A DNA stretch of 64,000 nt from Eledone cirrhosa (lineage: Eukaryota). Below are positions 42,201 through 53,085 of this stretch, in pieces; within the stretch, counting starts at the first letter, position 1; each line of letters opens with the position of its first letter. Where the stretch lies: assembly GCA_964016885.1 (NCBI GenBank), contig OZ024741.1, forward strand, positions 327,670,001 to 327,734,000. The letters run 5' to 3'. The notes beneath the pieces were generated by a model. That model made no database searches, was not told the origin of the DNA, and saw only the letters and a program-made list of their open reading frames with translations. The translations under genes were made by a program, and so were the position numbers.

Positions 42201-42645
42201 GTGCATCTAGGTTTCCATTCCAGTCCCCCACTAAAAGCAAGGAGCGGGACGTTCCCAGAAAAGTCTCTAGACGTTTGAAGAAGTCTGGCCGCGGTGTCCC
42301 GGATGGGGCATATGCGGCCACCAGCCTGAAGGCTCCACCTTCACTACCGTCAACGTCTAGGATCACCAGTCGACCCTCCGGGTCCAGATGTACTGTTTGT
42401 GTTACGAGGCCCAGGTTTTTCCGCAGCAAAACGGCGACTCCGCCCCCACCCGCCGGTTGACAGAGAGATGCGTAGATCTCAAAGTCATCGAAGATGGGGG
42501 CCAGCTGTCGCTCGCCGTGGATCCTGGACTCGCAAATGGCTACCACATCCATACTGTGCGACCTGAGGTCGTTTAAGAGTTTGCCCTGTTTCCAGGGCAT
42601 CCCCAGGCCGCGTACGTTCACACATCCAACTCTTATATTGGCCAT
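39210..42645 (-). pseudogene. ORF2: APE endonuclease, reverse transcriptase, CCHC zinc finger (frameshifts/stops)
   Basis: MANIRVGCVNVRGL..CESR..GDWN..SYLDR; KSPGLDG, FRPITLLN, KAFD, GCPLS, YADD; CPRC..ETVAHAFIHC. Confidence 0.95.
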
Positions 42646-42678
42646 GTTGGAGCTGAAAAGTTAAAAGAGGAAATTAGA

Positions 42679-44559
42679 TCACTCACCCTTCGCCTCCTGG
42701 GGACCAGGCCGCACGATTTCCATGGGGGTGTTGGAGGGGTTGTCTGGATGGGTGGTGGTTTCCGGCGTGGTGGGGATGCTGATGTTTGGTGGGGTGGGGT
42801 CTGGTGGGATGGGGGTGTCTGGGGTGGGGAGGCATTTGAGAAGGACGCGGTTGAGTGGTTTCACGCAGGAATTCCCCACATCCTTCTCAAATGTTTCTTT
42901 TAGGGACCTATAAGTTTGTATAGGGACCCTAATCAGTTTTAGGTTAAGTTTTTTGCTATTTTTTATAGAGTGGGCGAAAGTTTTCCCTTCGGTGAAAACC
43001 GAAGGGTCGTTCGTGATGGTCTCCATTAGTGTTTTGTTTTCAGTGTTTATGTAAGTGTAAGTGTAATTTTCTTGTGTTGTGTTTGTTTTTGTCTGTAGTT
43101 CTTGTGTGTGCTTTCGTTTTGTTGTAGGTATTTTGTTTTCAGGAGGTGGGGGTTTTGTTTGTGATATTTTTGTTGTTTGTGTTGGTGGTTGTATGTATGT
43201 GGTAGTGTTTGCTGTTTTTTTGCTTTTGTGATGTCTTTTCTTTCTTTTCTCCCTCGTCTTCACTGGGTGATGGCGAGATAGCCTCATCTGTTGTATCGTC
43301 TGTGTGATTGGGGAGGGGTATGTCTTGGGGAGCTGTTGTGTCTGTATGTGATTTTGCAGTGGTTTTAGGTGGAGTGGGGTAGGGTGGGACTGTGTTTGTT
43401 GTGGTTATTTTTGTGTGTTGGTGTTGTTGTTGTTGTGGTGGTGTTGGTGGTTGTGTTGTTTTGATGGGTGTCGGCAGAAGAGCCTTTTTTGGTTCATTAG
43501 TTTAGGACAGGAAGCCCTCAGGTGACCCCATGAAGGCCACCTACCCTCAACCGAAAGGTTTATGTAGGTTAGACCGTCCAGGGGTACACGCTGTGGGATC
43601 ATAGCTATTCGCTCTGGTCTCATTTGCACCAGAACTTCAATGCTAGTCCCATTGAATACATCTCTGGGGGACTTTCCTACTGACAGTATTCTGTCTTCAT
43701 CAAAATTGATGAAGCCGCACAGTATCCACGATATGTTCACCTTTGGTGTGACACTTGTGATTCTGATCTTTTGTGTACTTTTTCCCATGTATGTAGGGAA
43801 AAAGGTGTACATGTTGGATACAATTGGCGACACAGAGTAATTTTAGGCCGTCAATTGATCCTTCATCAGTACCGAAATACTCCCAAAAAGTTTGCTTCTT
43901 TGAATGAATGCAATATCATTCATTGAATCTTTGAAAACCAGTCAATTTCTTTCTGTGATAATTGGACTGGTTTTCGGGTAGAATTGGAAACTGTCCTAAA
44001 AACTATCGTTTTGAGAGCAGTTTCCTTGCGAATTTCTACCGGAGAATTGATGCTGAAAGCACCATTTTTTTCGAAGGTGACATCTCTTAGCGTCCTTTAA
44101 AAGGTGTTCAGCATTTGTTATGTCGAGATATATCAATTGTTCTTTCTTTTGAACTTTCTCTGCAAAGGAGATTTTTGGTTTCTTTGTGGAATCCGTATTG
44201 GTGGTGTTGTCATTATTGTTGTTATTCTTGTTGTTATTCTTGTTGTCACCGATGTTGGTATCATCCGTATTTTCCTTGGTGTTGTTGTTGTCTTTGATGC
44301 TGGTGTTATTGGCGTTGTCTTTATTTTTTTCTTTGTTGTTGTTATCATTGTTGCTTTTATCATCATTATTGGTTTTGCTGTTATTTTTGTTGTCATTGAA
44401 CTGTTTGGTGTCATTTGTGTTGTTTGGATGTGAATTCGTTTTTTTATTTTCATTTTGTCTTTCCATCTCTATAGTATCTAGTGAAGAAGACGTTGTTGAC
44501 TGCGAGCTTTGTAGTCTTACCGCCTCTCCACCACCATTATCGTTGGACGCAGCGTTCAT
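42679..44559 (-). pseudogene. ORF1 (gag-like), frameshifted, with partly deleted zinc knuckle
   Basis: N/D/K-rich N-terminus, SFAEKV, VEGRWPS-WGHLRASCP (CxxC missing), T/P-rich tail. Confidence 0.75.
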
Positions 44560-44777
44560 AACGTGATCAAAATTTTACAATATTTTTTCCAAGATTCGAG
44601 GGAGAAAAATTTTTTAAATGGATATTCCGCCTCTGAAGGGGCGAAAATGAGTTGACCCACCACCTGAAGGTCCAGACGGGTGGTCAAGTTACACAATGAT
44701 ATAAAATTGAACTAAAAACTCACGTTTTTTTTCTTACATAAATTAACGGAAACTTCTCCGCGAAGTGACACACGACT

Positions 44778-44868
<91 letters not shown>

Positions 44869-44884
44869 TGATAGATAGATAGAT
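44778..44884. repeat. (GATA)n microsatellite at the Tx1 5' junction
   Basis: Direct reading. Confidence 0.97.
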
Positions 44885-45496
44885 ATCCTGTCAGAATGAC
44901 ATATATTCCTTGTGCGTCCTCTGAACTGATTTCTATGTATTATATTAAAACACTTTGATGTATAGAACACACAGCTCATTTATTTATTTATCATATATAT
45001 TCCGTTAGTAAGAACTTTCGTTCAAGAACCTTAGTACCTTGAAGTGATTTTCTAAACAATAATATAATGTGAAAATACCCATTAATCATTTCGTCAATTT
45101 TTTTTTTCATTTTATTTCAGTTTTCTTTCATCTATTTGTTCAAAGCTAACTCATGTTTCAGTTCTACTGTAAATCGTACATTTCGTCAGCGTAAATGTAA
45201 TATCGTTTATATTTCTATTCTCTATGGTACTTTGCAGATACGCCTGTCTATTATACCATAGCTTCTATGACAATAAAATCACACCAGCTCACTTATATTA
45301 TTATATAGAGATTTTTTTTTAAACACTGAATATTTGAGAGACTTATAACAATTCAAATAACATTGTAATGGGAAAATTACATATAATTGTTATGTATAAC
45401 GCAGTTGACATGCAAATCCTATTCAAGTATTAATCAAATAAATAAATACTAGACTTTGAAGGCGCTTAATGAAATCCAGTGCAGAAACGACTTTAG

Positions 45497-45655
45497 GGCA
45501 TAGGCGTGTCTGTTTGTGTTAAGAGTCTGCCTTGTCATTACGAGGCCGCTGGTCCAGTTCCAACACAAGGAAGATCGGGAAAAGGGTCTTATGCTATTAA
45601 ATCAGGTTGACCAAAGTCAAATTAGGAAAACAGAAAATTGGTGGAAGAGACTTTA
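45497..45655 (+). mobile_element. Decayed long SINE head
   Basis: gggcataggcgtgtctg..ccagttcc..gtcttatgctat..gaccaaag resembles the 6828 family. Confidence 0.5.
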
Positions 45656-45669
45656 CATATAGAGAGACT

Positions 45670-46385
45670 TAGTATCGATTATGCAATGAGACAGGCCGTT
45701 CATAGGAAGGAAGAAGAGTTGGGTTTCAAATTGGATCGAAGTAGTTGTCGTCACCATCCAAAAGTTGTCACTAACACACACTTCGCCGATGACATTGCCT
45801 TGATCACAGAGGAAATCAACCAAGCTCAAACACTGCTCACCTGTGTCGAAGTTGTATCAGGCAAAATAGGACTGTAACTCAAAACAAAGAAAACCGAAAT
45901 CATGCACTACAATCAGGTTGATCCAGGTTGCTAAGGACGGTACAACAATCAAAATAGTAGAGAACTTTAAGTATCTTGGTGAATGGATGCACAGCTCACG
46001 CAAGAACTTTGAAGTTAGAAAAGCATTAGCATGGTCAGCATGCCACAAGCTACTGAAGGTATGGAATTCCGACCTAAACCGCAAAATCAAGGAACGCCTT
46101 TTCCTAGCAACTATTGAGTCCGTTCTGCTTTACGGCAGTTAAAAGTGGACTATTGACAAAGCGTTATGCAAGAGACTTGACGGATGTTACACTAGGATTT
46201 TGAGAATGGCTATCAACATTTCTTGGAAACAGTAGCTGAGAAATAAGGAACTATAAAGATCACTACAAATAAGGAACTATAAAGTTCTCAAACAAAGTTG
46301 CCTGCAGTCGAATTAAACTGGCTGGGCATTGCATCTGTCATCCAGAAGAGACAGCATCACAACTTGTGCTCTGGGAACTGGAGAT
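45670..46385 (+). pseudogene. RTE-clade LINE reverse transcriptase fragment
   Basis: IDYAMR..FADDIAL..KKTEIM..FKYLG..RKALAW..ESVLLYGS*KWT..RLDGCYTRILR. Confidence 0.85.
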
Positions 46386-46633
46386 CGTGTTGTTTGCCCG
46401 GATCAGAGCAAACAACACGGACACTCTATCTCAAAATTATTTTTGAAAAGCATTTAGAAATGCGCAACCGGTAAAAACTTAAAAACTTAAAACCACAACT
46501 GAATACTAACCCATACAATTACTAATACTCTTTTATTCCTAATTAAACCATTTTTCAACTGTGAACAATTTGTCAGCATTTTCTATTCCGTTTACCAATA
46601 TACAATAACCTGTGTGTTTCACCTCTATTCTTT

Positions 46634-46761
<128 letters not shown>

Positions 46762-46769
46762 TACATATA

Positions 46770-47346
46770 TATGTATATATATGTATGCATAGTATATTTG
46801 GCAATATACCGTATGTTTAATTAAAAACATTTCGAAGATCTACGCTATCATTTTTTAAATAGTGACTATGACTCTTACTTCTTTTAGGCGAAAGAAGACA
46901 GAGAAGCTAACAGTCTGCTTCATTCTGTTTGGCAATGATCAGAGCTACGTACTGCCCTCTTCCGCCGAAAATTATAGAAGCTGGATTCTTATAGAATTCC
47001 AGTAATAATTTGGAGCTGATTATACAGAGCGATTGATGGTCCAGCAAAAATTAAATATTAGGATTGGTGCTCTGAAATAGTGATGTACAGTATACATGAA
47101 TGTATGCATAGTATATTTGGCAATGAAGAATGCAGTACGTAGCGCTGATGTTTGCCAAACAGCATGAAACAGACTGTTAGCTTCTCTATCTTCTTTAGCC
47201 GAAAAGAAGTAAGTAACATATTGATTACTTTAAAAATGATAGTGTAAGGTCTTCAAAATGTTTTTACTTAAACATACGGCATATTGCCAAATATACTATG
47301 CATACTTTCATTTATACATCGATATTTCAGAGCACAAATCCTAATA
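46770..47346. mobile_element. Second non-coding HHR repeat (RzB): ~319-bp period plus inversion, between TA tracts
   Basis: atgtatgcatagtatatttggcaat at 46781 and 47100. 47125-47346 is antisense to the first unit. Decayed HHRs at 46905-46946(-) and 47141-47182(+). Confidence 0.7.
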
Positions 47347-47456
47347 TATATAAATATATATATATATATATTTTTATATATGTAGAAAAGGATAACTTTA
47401 ACTGTTAAGGTATATTATCCTCGGTCATGTCAAATATTTATAAAACATTTTGTAGT

Positions 47457-47510
47457 TTATCTGATGATAGCGTACCAAATTTGTTGGTGCTCTTGAAATA
47501 TATATAATAG
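47457..47510 (+). ncRNA. Decayed hammerhead motif in a solo pLTR
   Basis: ttat CTGATGA tagcgtacca..tggtgctctt GAAA tatata TA atag. Confidence 0.6.
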
Positions 47511-47556
47511 AATAAATATGGTTATATAAATATAGTTTCCATTTATTTAATATCAT

Positions 47557-47634
<78 letters not shown>

Positions 47635-47635
47635 G

Positions 47636-48195
47636 TTAGGGAAACAGAAAATAGCTTATTGTAATGCAGTTCGTGGTTAAGACAGCCAGTTTCATGGACG
47701 GTTTCAACGTACGGTTAGGGGTAACTCCACAACTTTGTAAGAATCACGTTCAATCTTTGAGTGTAAAGGATAAAAGAGAAAACACAGGTAGCATTAAAAA
47801 AATGATTTCATCCAGGTAGTTTCATTGGTAAGTGCAACCTTATATTGCTATACTGCAAATAGCATCCACTCAATAATAATTGTTGTACACGTCCAGATTT
47901 TCAAAAGAGTGAGTAAGTTACTCTTAGCAAGTTTTTAATATATAGAGAAAAGCATTTTTTGGAATTGTATTTGCTAGTATAGAGAGAGAGGAAGAGGAAT
48001 TAGAAAGTGGAGGGACAAAGGGAGTAGTATAGAGAGAGAGGAAGGGGGAGAAGAATTAGGAAGTAGGCTGACAAACTGAGATGGAGGGAGGGGTAAGGTG
48101 GAAGGAATCTTTGAACAGTTTTGATATATGTAGACATGATGTCGTTGTTTAGAGTGTAGTGAGTTAAAGAGAATTAAATTGTTTATAGTGGGAGA

Positions 48196-48253
<58 letters not shown>

Positions 48254-49857
48254 GTAGGTATTTACTTAGCCCATCATTTACAGAGGGAGTTTAGCGACCT
48301 TCACGGTGGAATCTACAGAGACGACGCCCTTCTCCTAGTTAAGAACCTAAATAACCAGAGCATAGAAAGACTGCGTAAGAATATTAGAAAAACTATCGGG
48401 AAACTGGGCCTTAGCATAACGTATGAATATAGCACTAAAATAGTTAACTTTCTAGACGCGAGGCTTAACCTAATTGCGGGACTTATAAGACCTTTTCACA
48501 AGATTAATGAAAACTTAGCATACATCAACTGTAATTCGAACCACCCACTATCCATAATTAAATCCGTTCCGCGCAGCATATCCCTTAGGATCTCCCGTCT
48601 CTCGTCTAACCAACAAATCTTCGAGGAATATGCAGACTTCTACAATACGCACTAGACAAAGCAGGCCTCTTAGATAGAGTAGAATATATAGATGAAAGCC
48701 TGCGCAAAGCACACACGAACACGCATAACACAAACTCCAGAAACACACGCACACACACATTTACGCATAGAACTACAAATTATAATGAAAATAGAAATAC
48801 AACATCGAAATCAAGCGGGTCACGCAGTAGAAAATATATTTGGTATAACCCCATATTTAACACCTCTATTAGTACTAACCTACCCACTACCTTCTTTAGA
48901 ATAATAAATAAGCACTTTCCAGATTCACATAGATACAGCAAAATCCTTATCACTAAATCTATTAGACTATCTTACTCCACGGCACCAAACATAGAGGCAC
49001 ACATTAAGATGCTTAAGGCTAAAAAGATACGTAACACCAACAGAACACAAATTTATAACAATAACAATACAATTACCCTTGAACAAAACAGAATATCTAA
49101 TACACAACCACCCACTAATAGGTAAACAAGACGTAACACACTTGTACAGGCATCGCAGCCCACTAATAATGCCAAGGTTGCCCATGACAAGAATTGTAAT
49201 TGCCACCTACCTGAAACCTGTCCATTACATAACGAATGTATGCAGCCTAACCTGGTTTACCAATGCACAGTGGAATCAGATAACCAGAAATGGTATTACA
49301 TCGGAGCAACCGGGAATACATTTAAAGCTCGTTAATATACACACCGTTACGCAATGAAACATTCCCAGCATCGTTATGTAACTACTCTTACGAACAAGAC
49401 CTGGCAACTAAGGGAAAGTAACCATCAATACACCCTGAAGTGGAAAATATTATCGAACGCGCCGCCATATCGGAGAGGTATGAGAAACCGTCGATTATGT
49501 GACCTTGAGCTGTTCCACATTTTGAGTTCGAAGAATATGTTACTCAACAATAAAATCGAAAGATCGATTTATTGTAACCATAGACTCAAAGAAAAGTTTT
49601 CGCACTACAAGTGCAAATCGAGCCCTTAACCTCTTTCTACTACCATCTGACAAACTGTATATAGTTAGACTTTCTACCCTCTTATTGTATACAACCCCTT
49701 TAATTACCCACAAAAACCAATATTTACACCCCTCCCTTCTCCTTTATTCCTTTTCTATTTCTTTTCGTTTTCTTCCTTTCTTCTCTCTTTTTTATGTCTT
49801 TTCTTTTCTTCTCCCCCCCCTCTTTATTTTATTTATTTATTTGTTTATTTATTATTA

Positions 49858-49934
<77 letters not shown>

Positions 49935-50140
49935 CTTTCTATCTCACCTCCTCTCTCTCTTTCTCGCTCTCTCTCTCTCCATCCCTCCCACTATAAACAA
50001 TATAATTCTTTTTAACTAACTACACTCTAAATCAACGACATCCTGTCTACATATATCAAAACTGATCAAAGATTCCTGCCACCTATACCCCCTCCATCCA
50101 TCTCAGTTTGTCACCCTTCTTCCTAATTATTCTCCTCCTC
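47636..50140 (+). mobile_element. PLE: inverted 3' region (47636-48249) then RT-linker-GIY-YIG relic (48250-49629) and 3' UTR
   Basis: GIYRDDAL..VNFLD..SNHP; IWYNP; WYYIGATG..FK; LCDLE..LNNK.ERS.YCNHR. 48040-48210 is antisense to 49960-50140. Confidence 0.85.
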
Positions 50141-52818
50141 GGGGAAATGAGAAATGACATAGGAAAGCTTGAGTCACTACTGAATGGGACACTAAAAAAC
50201 ATAGGCACTAAAAATAGACTGGAAATAAAATACAAAACTAGGAGGAAAAGCTAAATATTATCATAGAGGAACTGAAGCAACGCATTGTAGCAAAGAGTGC
50301 AAAAATCAGGCGATACGAGAACAGAGTCAGTCAGTATAAACAGAACCGCATGTTCGACAACAACCAGAAGATGCTGTTTGGACAGCTTGAGGGGAAAGAA
50401 AGAGGCAACGACTTGATCCCTGGGGCGGAGCAAACTAAAACATTCTGGAGAGGAATATGGGAGCAGGATGTTAGACACAATGCCCAGGCAGGGTGGATTG
50501 AGACAGTACAGAGGGAGATCGGTGAGCAGGCACAACAACAAACTGATTTTAGTATCACAGTTGAAACTCTTAAGGGGTAGGCCAAAAAGCTAACCAACTG
50601 GAAATCACCAGGCCCAGATGGTGTGCAGGGGTATTGGATTAAACATTTAACATCCCTCCACCCGAAGCTGACGGCCATGTTCAATGACTGCTTGGTGTCG
50701 GGTGAGGTGCCAGAGTGGTTGACAAAAGGTACCACAGTTCTGATAATGAAAGACCGAATCAAGGGTAATGATGTTACCAACTATAGACCTATCACATGTC
50801 TGTCCGTAATGTGGAAACTGTTGACGAGCATTGTGTCTGAGGAAATCTACCATCACCTCCACACAAACAACTTGTTACCGGACGAACAGAAAGGATGCCG
50901 AAAGAAGTCACGTGGTACAAAGGACCAGTTACTTATTGATAAGATGGTAATGGGGAATTGCAGGAGGAGACACACTGATCTTGCCATGGGATGGATAGAC
51001 TACAGAAAGGCATTTGACATGGTGCCTCATTCCTGGATCACCAAAAGCCTGGAGATCTTCAGGGTGGCAGATAACATCAGACAGTTGCTAGGCAGGAGTA
51101 TGGGGTCCTGGGAGACAGAGTTGACATCAACTGGAGTATCCTTGGGAAGCGTGAAGATCAAGAGAGGTATCTTCCAGGGAGATAGCCTGTCCCCTCTGTT
51201 GTTTGTCCTTGCCCTGATGCCCTTGACCATTATGCTGCGAAAAGTGAGAGCAGGATACAAGACGGGAAGGGGAGAGCTTACCATCAATCACCTCCTCTTC
51301 ATGGACGATCTTAAGCTCTTCGGGAAAAGTGAGAAGGAGTTGGATGTGCTTGTTGACACTGTCCGTATTTTCAGCAGTGATATATGTATGCAGTTTGGCA
51401 TTGGTAAATGTGGAGTCATTGTGATGAAGAGGGGTAGTTTGAGCAGAAGTAACGGGATCCAGATACCAACAGGTGAGATGATAAAGGAAATTGACTCTGA
51501 GGAAGGATACAAGTATTTGGGCGTTCTGGAGGCTGATGGCATAGAGAACAAAAAAATGAAGGAATTGTTAAGAACTGAATACATTCGGAGAGTAAGGAGC
51601 GTATTGAAGTCACATCTGAACAGCAGAAATGCCATAAGCGCAGTAAATTCCCGAGCTGTGTCTATTATTAGGTACAGTGCGGGAATTCTGAGATGGAATG
51701 TTGCTGAACAAAAAGAAATGGATAGGAAGACTAGGAAGCTATTGACTATCTACAACATGTTCCACAAGAGGAGTGATGTCGATAGACTCTACCTAAGGAG
51801 ATCTGAGGGTGGAAGAGGTCTTATCAGCATAGAGGACTGTGTTCAGATGGAGAAAAACAACCTATACAAATACGTGACCTATAGTAAGGAGCCAATGCTC
51901 AGAACTGTACTGAAGGAGGGGACAGTAGGCCAGGGGATGTCCAAGGAGGAAATAACATCAAGGAGGAAGAGCAGCCTTAAGGGAAAATCCCTTCATAGTA
52001 CCTTCTTTGAGAAAACTGAATTTAGAGATCCACAGACATGGAACTGGTTGAGAAGAGGAGACCTCAAAAAGGCTACAGAAGGAATGCTAATGGCTGCGCA
52101 GGAGCAGGCCCTCAAAACGAAGTGGTTGAAGCACCATATCTACAAGGAGGAGGCTAGCCCACTGTGCAGGATCTGTGGAGAGAGAGAGGAGACTGTGGCT
52201 CACATTATGTCCGAGTGAAAACACCTAGCCCAGACCCACTATAAGGGCTGGAGACACGATGTGATGGGCAGGGTGATCCACTGGCACCTGTGCAAAGTAA
52301 ACAATTTACCACATTCTGAGAAATGGTATGAGCATAGGCCAGAGGCGGTGATGGAGAACAATCAGGTGAAGGTGCTGTGGGATTTTAGGATACAGACGGA
52401 CAAAAAACTGGAACACAATAGACAGACCTGGTGGTTGTGGACAAAGAAAAAAGATCGTGTCTGATTGTGGATGTGGCCTGCCCGTTCGACACGAGAGTGC
52501 AAGAGAAGGAGAGGGAGAAAATTAACCGATACCAGGACCTAAAGTGGGATGTGAAAAGGATTTGGAACTGCCATGAAGTCAAAGTGATCCCGATTGTCAT
52601 AGGCGCACTGGGGACTATCTCCAAAAGTTTCCAGGGATGGTTAAAGAAAATCGGCCCCTTCACGCTTTTTGGAACGCTTCAAAAGGCATGCTTGCTTGGA
52701 ACAGCAAGAACCCTCCGATACGTCCTGAATATCTGAGGCTGCAGGTAGTGGCTTGATATTCAATCCAACGGACTTTCCAGTTAACCAACATCAATGACTG
52801 AGATTCAAGGAATAACAA
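50141..52818 (+). mobile_element. R4/Dong family A, 5'-truncated, ending in (AAT)n
   Basis: ORF 50623-52218 YRPITCL, KAFD, QGDSLSP, FMDD, CRIC..H; RLE DVACP..EK..RY. Confidence 0.95.
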
Positions 52819-53022
52819 CAATAATAATAATAATAATTGTTTCTACTTTAGGCACAAGGCCAGCAATCACCCAATACATTACTGGTACTTTATTTTATCG
52901 ACCCCGTAAGGATGAAAGGCAAAGTTAACCTCGGCGGGATTTGACCTCAGACTGTAAAGGGACGTAACTATACTAGAAAGCATGGCGTTCAACCCTCTAC
53001 CGATACTGCCAATTGCCCGCCC
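52819..53022 (-). mobile_element. Short SINE with (ATT)n tail
   Basis: Antisense of the 33198 family; head gggcgggcaattggcagtatcggtagag. Confidence 0.9.

Positions 53023-53023
<1 letters not shown>

Positions 53024-53084
<61 letters not shown>
53024..53084. repeat. (AAT)n microsatellite
   Basis: Direct reading. Confidence 0.97.

Positions 53085-53085
<1 letters not shown>

Larger units (their letters stand above)
38970..44778 (-). mobile_element. Full-length Tx1/L1-clade LINE (5' UTR, ORF1, ORF2), decayed, flanked by (GATA)n
   Basis: ORF1 44559 to ~42679, ORF2 42645 to 39210, 3' AATAAA, GATA repeats at both ends. Confidence 0.95.

Noticed and set aside
47690-47830. Possible HHR in the inverted pLTR (aacgt..acgtt GAAA ccg TC on minus)
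   Set aside because: No convincing CTGANGA core or stem I.
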